DNA of 64,000 bases from Rhina ancylostomus (lineage: Eukaryota), in NCBI GenBank assembly GCA_030265395.1, contig JARFYF010000084.1, forward strand, positions 98,772,773 to 98,836,772. Reading direction: 5' to 3'. Positions 50,810 through 61,728 of the stretch are shown piece after piece (the first letter of the stretch is position 1; each line of letters begins with the position of its first letter). The notes under the pieces are model-generated. The model was not told the origin of the DNA. It saw only the letters and a list, made by a program, of their open reading frames with translations, and ran no database searches. A program made the translations under genes and the position numbers.

Positions 50810-51990
50810 TACAGGATTTGGACATCACTGGCAAGACCAGATTTATTGCCTATCTATATTGCCCTCGACATGGTGGTGGGCCACTTTCTTAAACAACTGC
50901 AGTCTTTCCATTGAAAGTCCTCCACACTGCTGTCAGGGAGGGCATTCAAGAATTTTGACCCACAGATAAAGGACATAGAATAGGCTCAAAGGGTTGAATG
51001 GCCTCATCCTCTTTTTATGGTTTTATTTCTAAGTCACAATGGTGTGCAACTTAGAGGGGAAACAGCAGGTTGTGGTGTCCCCGTGCACCTGCTGTCCTTG
51101 CTGCCATTATAGGTTGCAGATTTGGAAGATGCTGATGGAGTAACCTAGGTAAGAAACTGCAGTGCATTTTGCAGATGGTACACACTGCAGCTACTGTGCC
51201 CCAGTGGTGGAAGAAATAATGTCTAGGGTGGTGGATGGAATGTCAATCCAGCAAGCTGCTTTATTCTGGATGAAACCTCCCGAGAGTTGAGAGGTGTTGG
51301 AACGGCACTCATCCACACAAGTGGAAAGCACTCTGTCACATACCTGACTTGTGCCTTGTAGATGGTGGAAACGTGTTAGGATGTTAGAAGTTGAATCATT
51401 CACTGCAGGACACCCTCTAACCTGCCTCTGTAACTACCTGCAGTAATTATGTAGTCATTACAGTTGAGTTTGGTCTATCAGGATATTGACTGAAAATCAT
51501 AGATAAAGCAGCTGATGATTGAGTCTTGCAGTGATGTCCTAGAGCAGGGATGATTGAACTAAAGAACCACAATCACTTTCCTATATCCAAAGTTTCTCTC
51601 CAAGCATTGATCATTTTCCCTTTGCTGCCCAGTGACATACTGGGACTCCTTGATGCCACTCTCGGTCAAAAGCAGTGTTGACATCAAGGGCAGACACACT
51701 CACCTCACCTCACCTCTGGAACTCAGCTCTTTGGTCCACGTTTAGACCAAATCTGTGATAAGATCCGGAGCAGCATGGTAAAATCCAAATCCAAAATGGG
51801 CAGCAAGCATGATATTTCTAAGTGCCATTTAATAAACACAGCTGATGACACTTCCACCACTTTGCTAATAACTGAGAATAGACTGACTGGATAGTAATTA
51901 GTCAGATGGGATTAATCCTGCATCTTGTGAACAGGACTACCTGGGCAATTTGAAAACACTGTCACGGAGAGGCCAGTTTTGTAACTGCTC
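50810..51990 (-). mobile_element. Degenerate CR1/L2-group LINE
   Basis: Reverse complement of the 4230-5450 family (IQNKAAC.I..PSTTL). Confidence 0.7.
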
Positions 51991-52029
51991 GGTAAGCTTC
52001 CGTAGAAGCACAGGCAGATCTGGGGTCAG

Positions 52030-54790
52030 AGTTACACAGCATGGAAACAGGCCCTTCGGCTCAACCCATCCAAGATATCTATTTGGGCTGGTCCCATTTG
52101 CCTACAATCATCTCATATCCCTCTAAGCCTTTCCTATCCACGTACCTGACCAAGAATCTTTNNNNNNNNNNNNNNNNNNNNNNNNNNNNNNNNNNNNNNN
52201 NNNNNNNNNNNNNNNNATGTGAAAAAGTTGCCCTCAGGTTATTTTTAAATCTTTCCCCTCCCACAAACCTCTGCCCTCTAGTTTTAGACTCCCCTGTCCT
52301 GGGCAGAAGACTGTGAAGATCCACCTTATCTACATCCTTAATAATTTCATAGGTCATCTCTCAACCTTCTACACTCCAGGGAAAGAAGTCTCACCCTATC
52401 CAGCTTCTCCTTATAACTCAAGCCCTACAGTCCCAGTAACATTCTTGTGAATCTTTTCTGTACCCTTTCCAGCTTCATGACATTCTTCCTACAAGTTGGG
52501 CAGCCAGAACTCCACACAATATTCCAAATGTGGTCTCACCAACAACTGTACAGTTGTTACATGACATCCCAATTCCTGTACTCAATGCCCTGACCAATAA
52601 AGGCAGTGTACTAAACTCCTCCTTCACCACCCTGTCTACCTGTGTCACCACTTTCAGGGAACAATGTAGCTGTACCCCTTGGTCTCTCAGTTCTATAACA
52701 CTCTCCAGGGCCCCATATTTTACTGTGCAAGACTTGCCCTAGTTTATCAAGCCGAAATCCAACACGTTACGCTTGTCAGAGTTAATTCCATCTGGCTTTC
52801 GTTGACCCACTTTCCCAATTCATCTAGATCCTGCAGTAATCTTAGATGACCTTCTTTACTATCCACTATATCACCAATTTCAGTGTCATCTGCAAATTGA
52901 CTAACCATATTAACAAGATTGTCATCCAAATCTTTAATACAGCACCAATCCCTGGGGCACACCATTGGTCACAAGTCTCCAATCTGAATAACAACCCTCC
53001 ACTGCCACCTTCTGATTCCTTCCGCTAAGCCAATTTTGTATCCAACTGGCTAGCTCACCCTGGATCCCCTGTGATCTAACCTTCCAGACTACTATGCAGC
53101 ACCTTGTCAAAGACTTTGCTGAAGTCCATGTAAATAAATGTGCCCTCATCAACTGCCTCTTCAAAAAAACTCAATCCAATTTGAGACTAAATTCTCCACT
53201 CACAAAGCCATACTTACTATTCATAATCAGTCCTTGCCTTTCCAAATGCTTAGAAGATCCTGACCCTCAGAATCCCCTTGAGTAACCTTCCTACCACTAA
53301 CGTGAGACTCAGCAGCCCGTAGTTCTCTGGCTTGTCTGTGCAGCCCTTTAATAAAGGCACAACATTAGCCACCCTCCAGTTTTCTGGCACCTCACCCCCA
53401 GTTAAAGATGATGCAAGTATCCCTGCTAGGGCCCCTGCAATTTCTTCCCTGGCTTCCCATAACGTCCTAGGATATACTTGATTAGGCCCTGGGGATTTAT
53501 CCACCTTGTGTCCAAAGACCACCAGAACCTCCTCTTTTGTAAGGTGCTAATACATCACTAATCACAAATCATCCCTTAATTCCTTAGCCTCCATGACTTT
53601 CTCCACTTTAAGTATAGATGAGAAATATTCATTTAACACCTTACCCATCTTCTATGGCTCAAATATAGACAACCACATTGATCTTTGAGGAAAACTATTC
53701 TCCCTCTAGTTATCCTTTTGCTCTTAATACATTTGTGGAATCTCTTGGGATTCTCTTTTATCTTAGCTGCCAAAGCTGTATCATGTCCTCATTCTTCCCT
53801 CCTAATCCCCACTTAAGTGTACTCCTACATCTCTTATACTCAAGGGATTTGCTTGATCCTAGCTGCCTATACCCAACATACACCTCCGCTTTCTTTCTGA
53901 TTAGCGCCTCAATATCCCTTGTCAACCAGAGTTCCTAATCCTGCCAGCCTTGCCCTTCACTCTAGCAGAAACATGCTGTCTCTAAACTCTCCCCATCCCA
54001 CTTTCATAAGCCTCCCACTTGCCAGACATCCCTTTACCTGTAAACAATGTCTCCAATTAGCCTTCGCAAGTTCCTATCTAATGCCTTCAAAATTTGCCTT
54101 CTCCCAATTTGGGACTTTAATCTGTGGACAATCCCATCTTTTTCTATAACTATTTTACAACCAGTAGAATTAGTCACTGGTCCCAAAGTGCTCCCCAACT
54201 GACACTTCAGTCACTTTCTGTGTCCTTGCTCCCAATAGGTGGTACAGTGTTGCTCCCTCGCTCATAGGGCCATCCACATATTGTTTGAGAAAACATTCCT
54301 GGACACCTTTCACAAATTCCACTCGATCCAAGCCCTTTGCACTGTGGCAGTCCCAGCCAATAGGAGGGAAATCACCAACTATTACAATCCTATTATTCTT
54401 ATATCTATCTGCGATCTATGTACATATTTGCTCTTCTAATTCCTGCTGCTCATTGGGGGGCCTATAATACAATCCCATCAAAGTGATCATCCCCTTCTTA
54501 TTTTTATGTTCCACTTATAGAGCCTCACTGGACAATACCCCAAGAATATTCTCCCTAAGTATTGCCACGATGGTCTCCCAAATCAAAAATGCAACTCCCT
54601 CTCCTCTCTTACCTTTATCATATCTTTTGCATCTGTACCCTGGAACATTCAGCTGCCAGTCCTGCCCCTCCCTCAACCACATTTCTATTATAGCTATAAC
54701 ATCCCAGTTCATGTACCAATCTACACCAAGAACATCTCTGCCTTACCTGTCAGGCTTCTTGCATTAAAATAAATGCAGTTTAGTCTTTCA
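52030..54790 (-). mobile_element. CR1 LINE, most of ORF2 (APE endonuclease + RT) with stops and frameshifts
   Basis: WDVIAI.E.WL.EGQDWQLNVPGYRC; KVDKSPGP.QVYPRTLWEAREEIAGAL...VPENWRVANVVPL; GVPQG; FADDT.IG; 3' tail near 52030. Confidence 0.92.
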
Positions 54791-55559
54791 GACCTTCCTC
54801 GCTCCCTGTCTTGCTCCTGCCTGTCCTGTGTACTGAATTTTCTCACTTTAACATTTTTAGGTCTTCAGTAATGTTTGGTCCTTTAGTCGAGGTCAAAGAT
54901 CAGATTATCTGCGTCATTAAATGGCAGAGCAGATCTGAGGAGCTGTAAGGCCTCCTCGTACTTCCATTTCCTGTTTTTATTAAAGAACATGAGAAAATTT
55001 GAATTTTAAGATTGGAAGACAGGGTGCAAATACTGGTCCATGTGGAAGGAATGTTAGAAATTGGAGAGAGATAAAATTGGGGTCATGAACTTCAGATGCA
55101 TTTCAATTTATTGAGGGTGGATGGCGACATTAGAGGTGGAGAAGAAAGAAGCATAAATGGCGCTTCAGGTCAAGACATGCAAGAATGATGGTAGGTGAGA
55201 TTATAGACAGTTGTTTAAAAAAAACAATTTTGCCAAAAAGATTGCACAAATAGTTTGCTGCAGCCTGAGACAGTGCCCGAAGAGCATCTTTCGGTGACAA
55301 AGGTATAGGACATTTGAGGAAAAATGAAGACAACAGAATTAGTCTTCCCAAAGTTTCACTGGACAAAATTCCAGATCAGCCAACACCAGGTTTCAGGAGC
55401 TAATGAAACAAGAGGGGCAACTTGTGAACATGAACATGTCATTCAATTACATCAGATCTAATCTACATTTCAGTACATTTACTAATTTTGGCTACTGGTC
55501 AAGTGCTAGAAAATAACATCAGTATAAATAGCCGGCATGGTCATGGTGTGAGCTGAAGG

Positions 55560-55940
55560 ACCTATTTTCATGCTGTGTGACTGACATCCTTCAATATCTT
55601 TGCCTAACTCTATCTTCCAAATTTTCGAATGACCAAAATTTCAACAACTTCTCAGGGCAAGAGTGCCCCAAAATTCCACTACCTTTTGACAAAAGGCTTA
55701 GTGGCATCAATTCTGAACCAGCTTGCTTAATAATTACCGTTATGTCCACTTATTCTGGATTCCTGCATCAAAGGCAAAAGGGTACATATAAAGAAACTAC
55801 TGAATCCTCTTAATGTCTCAACAGAACCTCAATCAAGTCCCCTATAGCCAAAAATACAAACCATGTCTTTGCAATCTGCCCTTGCCATTATTAGCCAAGT
55901 ATCATTCTTAAATAGTCACTGCACCACTTCTATGGCAAAC
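55560..55940 (-). mobile_element. Old CR1 3' fragment
   Basis: Reverse-complement ORF2 end; weak. Confidence 0.4.
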
Positions 55941-56240
55941 GTACTCTGGGACACAGGAGGAAAGCATGTTTAGCATTACCAGTTTTGACAGGTAATTTTA
56001 GATGTTGAACATACCTGGAGGATTAAATTCTCTTGCCTACACTAGAGCTAATAAAGAATATTTCTGGCGGGGGGGGGGTCTACAAAGTTCTAAGACAGAC
56101 CAGTTTTTTTCTAATTAAAATCTTGTTTAAAGTACATTGTTGTAAGTGATCTATAAAAAGAACCGCTCTGAACAATTAACAAATATAATTGACATTGTGG
56201 ATTAAAATTCTTCACCGACTAAAAACAAAAATACACTCAC

Positions 56241-56299
56241 CATTTTGTTGGGATAACGCAAGATTACAGGCTGCACAGGAACTCCAGGAATAAATGCCC
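56241..56299 (-). CDS. lpcat1: Lysophosphatidylcholine acyltransferase 1, internal exon (first in window)
   Basis: tcag|GG GCA TTT...; GAFIPGVPVQPVILRYPNKM (acyltransferase motif 4 region); donor ATG|GTGAGT; 59 bp. Confidence 0.93.
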
Positions 56300-57199
56300 C
56301 TGAAGACAAATATGCAAGAAAAATTACAATTTTCTCCTTTAATTCTTTGTCAATGATTTTATCTATTGCCTTTCTGGAAGTTGCTCACTTATTGGAGGTA
56401 GAATCATTAAAAGCTCCAATTGCCTACCTGCTACTTTTCAACCCGAGATAAGACCGAGTCAGCAATCATTTTGGGTCAGAACTTGCTGCCTGCTGAAAGC
56501 CTTCTACACTCAACACTGCCTCGNNNNNNNNNNCAATGTCAATGTGCTGCTATATTATCCAGCCCCTTAATGGCAATGTCTTGGGTATCATCAAGGTTGC
56601 ACTAAGTATCACCATCACGAAGGTGAGCCAGAACAAGCCTCACTCAGAAAGCCATGCCACCTGGCTAAGACTATTGTCAAATTGTTGATGACTCAATGTC
56701 TCTGACGTTTAGAAACACACTCAAATTAATAGAAGTCAATATGAATTTAAATACGAGTTAAAAATTAAAACAAACATTTGAACACATAAGGAAGTTTAAA
56801 ACTCATTCAAAAAAGATGCAATTATCTTATTTCTTACTCTTATTCCTCACAACTGTTCTCCTTCAATGAAATGAATGGGCTTTCTGTTCCTGTGCCAGGT
56901 CTAGCCTGTCACATTATGGCAAATTTACTCTTATGTTGCTGGACAATGAGAATTCTGACTAGGGAGCCCAAAAGTCTTGCAGAATGGCGAGTTTGGGACT
57001 TTACATTAGCCTGGAAATTCTTAACAAAATGACACTAAGAAAGATGCCAGTAGTTTGATCCAGGACTGCTGGCAGTTTCCAACGAGTAACAGGATTGAAG
57101 CCACAGCAACCTTGCACCAAAACCGCTCTAAACCAAGCCTGAATAACACTGATCTGTGCAAGCTTTCACAGGAACAGCAGTGTGAACAATAAAACTCTA

Positions 57200-57765
57200 A
57201 CATTTGCAGAATGATACAGTGCAAAAGGAGGCCATCCAGCAACGATGCCTGTGATGACTGCTAAAATGCTTTACCATTATATTTCACAGCTCAGTAAACA
57301 TCCCCTTCAATTGTTTATCCAGTTCAGTTTTGAAAGTTTGATTGAAACTGCTTCTAGCACTGTCAGGCAGTGAATTTCATCAGATCATTGTAACTCCGTG
57401 TCAGGAAAAAAATTAATCTGCTATTATGATAAGTACCTTTCATTTGTGTTCTCTGCAGTTTAATGTTTCGCAGTTATTGTATCAAAACATTTCATGATTT
57501 TTAACAACCATCAAGTTTCCCCACAAACAATTCTGCTGATGACAACTCCAGTTTCTCTGGACTTTCCAGAAAATTGCCAACCTTGGTCATTCAGTCTAGG
57601 TATTACACTAGTACATTCCTGTGCTTTCTCCAAGGCTTTGATATCCTTTCAGAACCGGCCACAATACTCCAGCTGTGGTACTATAACCAAACATTCTAAA
57701 GGCCAAGTGCAACCTCCTTGCTTTGATACTTCATATCTCTGTTAAAATGCATGGGATACCAGGTG
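57200..57765 (-). mobile_element. Old CR1 3' fragment
   Basis: ACAATACTCCAGCTGTGG (reverse complement of PQLEYC) plus tail. Confidence 0.55.
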
Positions 57766-57839
57766 ATTTTTTTGTTTATTTAAAAAAACTAAAGTCTGTT
57801 CCTGTCTTCCTCATTAATTATAACATTTTGTATAGCCAC

Positions 57840-58200
57840 AGAGCATCTTGAAGAGAGAGGGTGAAGAACCAGAAGCTATGATCCACCTTGGTACCAATGA
57901 TGTTATTAGGAGGGATGAGGCCCTGTAAGCAAATTTTCTAGGGCTAGCCAACAGTTTAAAAAGTAGGACCTCAAAAGTCAGCAATCTTAAGACAACCCCA
58001 GTGTTGTCTGCCAACAAGTCAAAAGATAGAGCAAATGAATGGCTGGCTAGAGGACACAGGAAGAAGGGCTTTAGATTTGAGAGAAAGGGAGAACCTCTAC
58101 AAGATGGATGGGTAATATTTCAAAAGGATTTGGGAAAATATCTTTGAGGGTGGGGTTTGGATTGCCAGATGCTTTTGTGCTAGCTTGCCAGGGGGATGTG
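57840..58200 (+). mobile_element. CR1 ORF1 (SGNH esterase-like) remnant
   Basis: EREGEEPEAMIHLGTNDV carries the GxND block of CR1 ORF1 esterases. Confidence 0.65.
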
Positions 58201-58399
58201 TGGGGGGGGGGGGGGGGGTGGGGAAGAAAAAACCAACAGCATGACAGAATTAGAAAACATGGATAAATAAAAAAATNNNNNNNNNNNNNNNNNNNNNNNN
58301 NNNNNNNNNNNNNNNNNNNNNNNNNNNNNNNNNNNNNNNNNNNNNNNNNNNNNNNNNNNNNNNNNNNNNNNNNNNNAGAAAGCAAGAGCATGAGAGAAT

Positions 58400-59190
58400 T
58401 AGAAATCATGGAGTCATAGAAAGATGGACTCAGGGTTGAACAGTAATTAAAACTGGCCCTTTAGCCAACTGCATCCATGCAGACCATCATGCCTATCTAC
58501 AGTGATCCCACTTGCCTGCTTTAACTCCATATCTCTCTAAGCCTTGCTCATTCAAGTACCTGGCCAGATGCCTTTTAAATGTTGTTACTGTTCCAGCCTT
58601 CACCACATTCTCTGGCAGCTCATTCCAGATACCAGCTACTGTGATAATAATAATCATCCCCATGATACCCTTTAAATGTCCTTTCTCACCTTAGACCTAC
58701 TGTCTCTAGTTTCAGACACACCTACCACGGGAAACTCGGGCTATCTACCCTATCTATGCCACTCATAATTTTATAGTGTATACTTGCATCATGTCATCTC
58801 TCAGCCTCCTCTGCTCCAGGGATACCAGAGCCAGCCTAGGCAATCCCTCCTTAACTCAAGCTTTCCAATCCAGACATCATCCTTATGATTCTTTTCTGCA
58901 CCCACTCTAGCTTAATCACATCTTTCCTACAGTGTGGCAACCAGAACCACATACAATACTCCAAGTGCAATCTAGCTGACATTTTGTACTTTGTAACACT
59001 ATTTCCCACCTCCTGTACTAATTGCCTCGGCTAATGAAGGCAAGCATAACGTATGCCTTCATCACCCTGTCTCTGGGTTGCCACTTTCAGGGAAATATAT
59101 ACTTGTACCCCAAGGATTCTGTTCAATAATATTCCCCAGGGCCCTGCCATTCACTGGGTACAACCTGACTTCGTTTAATTTCCCTAAATG
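58400..59190 (-). mobile_element. CR1 3' fragment
   Basis: CAACCAGAACCACATACAATACTCCAAGTG (reverse complement of HLEYCMWFW) plus tail. Confidence 0.8.
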
Positions 59191-59236
59191 ATACAGTGGG
59201 AAAACAGACCCTACTACCAAATGAGTCCACAACCAC

Positions 59237-59470
59237 CTTCAACTACCCAATTATATCAATCCTACATTAATCCTTCTACCACTCACCTACACATTAAGAG
59301 CAATTTACAGTGGCCAATTAAACCAACAATTAGCATGTTTTGGGGATATGGACAGAAGCCAGAGGAAACACTGGAGGTCACATGGAGAACACGTAAACTT
59401 CACACAGACAGCACCCCAAGGTCAGGATTGAACCTGGGTCTCTAGTGCTATGAGGCAGCAGCTCTACTAG
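59237..59470 (-). mobile_element. Older V-SINE
   Basis: Reverse-complement B box (GGATTGAACCTGGGTC) and V-domain-like segment. Confidence 0.6.
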
Positions 59471-59611
59471 AATCAAAATTCTTAGAAGGCACCATCTAAA
59501 TGCATGCAGTAGCAGAAATAAAATACATCAATTTATGGCATGGATTGCCCCAAGACCAAAATAATCCAGGAAATTTGATATTTAGGAAAGGCAAAAAGAG
59601 AAAGGAAGTGG

Positions 59612-59762
59612 GAGGGTTCTGATGAAGAGTCTTTGATCTGAAACACTAACTCAGTTCCTCTTTCCATAGGTACTGTGGTATCTACTGCTTGTTTCCAGCA
59701 TTTTCTGTTCACATTTCAAATTACCTGCATCTGCAGTTTTTTGTTTAATTTTCTATTTCAGG
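59612..59762 (+). mobile_element. Penelope pLTR with hammerhead core boxes
   Basis: GGGTT CTGATGA AGAGTCTTTGATCT GAAA CACT AACTC (59614-59652). Confidence 0.7.
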
Positions 59763-61440
59763 GAAAAGAGGTGGGCTCTTGCTATTAATAGGATTTTATA
59801 ATAGAAATATATAGAAAATATGCAAAATGTATATTTTAATATAGAAAGGATCCTGACTCAGCAGACTATGGTACATAATTAAGATCAATTTGTGTGAAAC
59901 AAAGCAGTGGGGTCAGAAAACGTTGATGTAAGTTGATTATGGGTCTCTGAATAGTCAACCTGATTTGAAAGCAAGATTGCATAATACAGGGATAATACAG
60001 TAACCATGGAGAGCTTTAATCTATACAGTATATAGAGTGGATAAATCAAATGAGCACCAATGTAATGGATGCATACAGGATGGATGTCTAGCCCAGTATG
60101 TTGAGGAAGACAAACTATTTTCGATCTAGTATTTGTGCAAAAATAGTTAAATTAATAATCTTGTTGCGAACAGAATCCTAGGAAGGACTGACTAGAATAT
60201 CATAGAATTTTTACATTAAGTTTACAACTAATATAGTTGAATCTGAAACTAGGCTTTTCAATGTAAACAAAGGAAACCGTAGATATGAGGGGAGATGGGC
60301 TGTGATTAACTGGGGAGCTACATTAAAAGGTTTAACAGTAGCCAGGCAATGGCCAACATTCAAATAAATACACGATTTGCAACAAATGTATACTTAAGGC
60401 ATAAAAACAACAAGAAAAGTGGTCTAATCACATTATGGGAGAAATTAAAAATAATATTAAGTTTGGTAGGCTCAAGGACTGTAAACTTTTTAGAATTCAG
60501 CAAAAGATGATTAAGAAATTATTAAAGCGAAATAGACAGCAATTTAACAAACAAAAACAGACCAATAGCTTCTTTGGGTGTGCAAAAAGAAAAAGGATTA
60601 CTTTGAGGAAATGAAGGTCACTTACAGACAGATGGGGGAATTTGCCATTTAGAATCAGGAAATGGCAGAGAAACTAAATATTTTATGTCCATCTCCAGTG
60701 CATGAGGAAATAAAGAAATTAACATTAATAAAATAAAACTACCAGAGCAGTTAATGAATCTGAGAACTGATAATCCCAAGAACATGTTGACCTAGGTCTG
60801 AGAGATTTGAAAATGTTGATTATGCAGACAATGGACATTGTGACAAATTTCCAAAATTCTTTAGATTCTTGAATGGTACCTGTACATCANNNNNNNNNNN
60901 NNNNNNNNNNNNNNNNNNNNNNNNNNNNNNNNNNNNNNNNNNNNNNNNNNNNNNNNNNNNNNNNNNNNNNNNNNNNNNNNNNNNNNNNNAGATTCTTGAA
61001 TGGTACCTGTACATCAGAGAGTAGTAAATGTGACTCCTCTATTTAATGAAGGAGAGAGAAACAGGAAACCACCAACTTGTTAACCTGATCTTAGTGGTTG
61101 GGAAAAGGCTAGAATCAAACAAATCGATGTAATACCAAGCCATTTAGGAAACCATATGAGAGTAGAAACAATGTTTGAGTTTTTGAGGATGTATCTAGTC
61201 AAGTAGATGAGGGAGAAACATGTAGATGTGATGTATTTGGATTTTCAGAAGGCTTGTAATGAGATACCGCACTAAGAGGTTAATTAACAACATAAGATCA
61301 CATGGAAATGGGAGGGAGCGCAATACTTCAGCATGAAATAGAAAATAATAAATGGGTCCTTTGCAACTTGTTTCTAAGTGACATTCCACAGGGATTAGTG
61401 ATTGGGCCCCAACAACTTAGAAACTATCTTAATGATTTAA

Positions 61441-61728
61441 GGCACGGAGGTGTAGCAGTTAGCATAATGCTATTACAGCGCCAGTGACCCAGGTTCAATT
61501 CCCGCTGCTGTAAGGAGTTTGTACTTTCTCCCTGCGTCTGCGTGGGTTTCCTCTGGGTACTCCGGTTTCCTCTCACATCCCAAAGACGTACAGGTTAGGA
61601 AGTTGTGGGCATGCTATATTGGTGCCGAAAGTGCAGCGACACTTGCGGGCTGCTCCCAGAACACTCCATGCAAAAGATGCATTTCACTGTGTTTTGATGT
61701 ACATGTGACTAATAAAGATATCTTATCT
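61441..61728 (+). mobile_element. Full-length tRNA-derived V-SINE nested in CR1
   Basis: GGCACGGAGGTGTAGCAGTTAGC (A box), GGTTCAATTCCC (B box), V-domain GGGTTTCCTCTGGGTACTCCGGTTTCCTC, tail TTTCACTGTG..GATGTACATGTGACTAATAAA then TATCT repeats. Confidence 0.9.

Noticed and set aside
60862-61016. AGATTCTTGAATGGTACCTGTACATCA repeated across a gap (likewise AAATGTACTTCATTC at 35352/35467)
   Set aside because: Same contig-overlap artefact.
61441-61510. tRNA-like A/B boxes (also ~33620-33687)
   Set aside because: They are SINE heads followed by the V-domain and tail, not tRNA genes.
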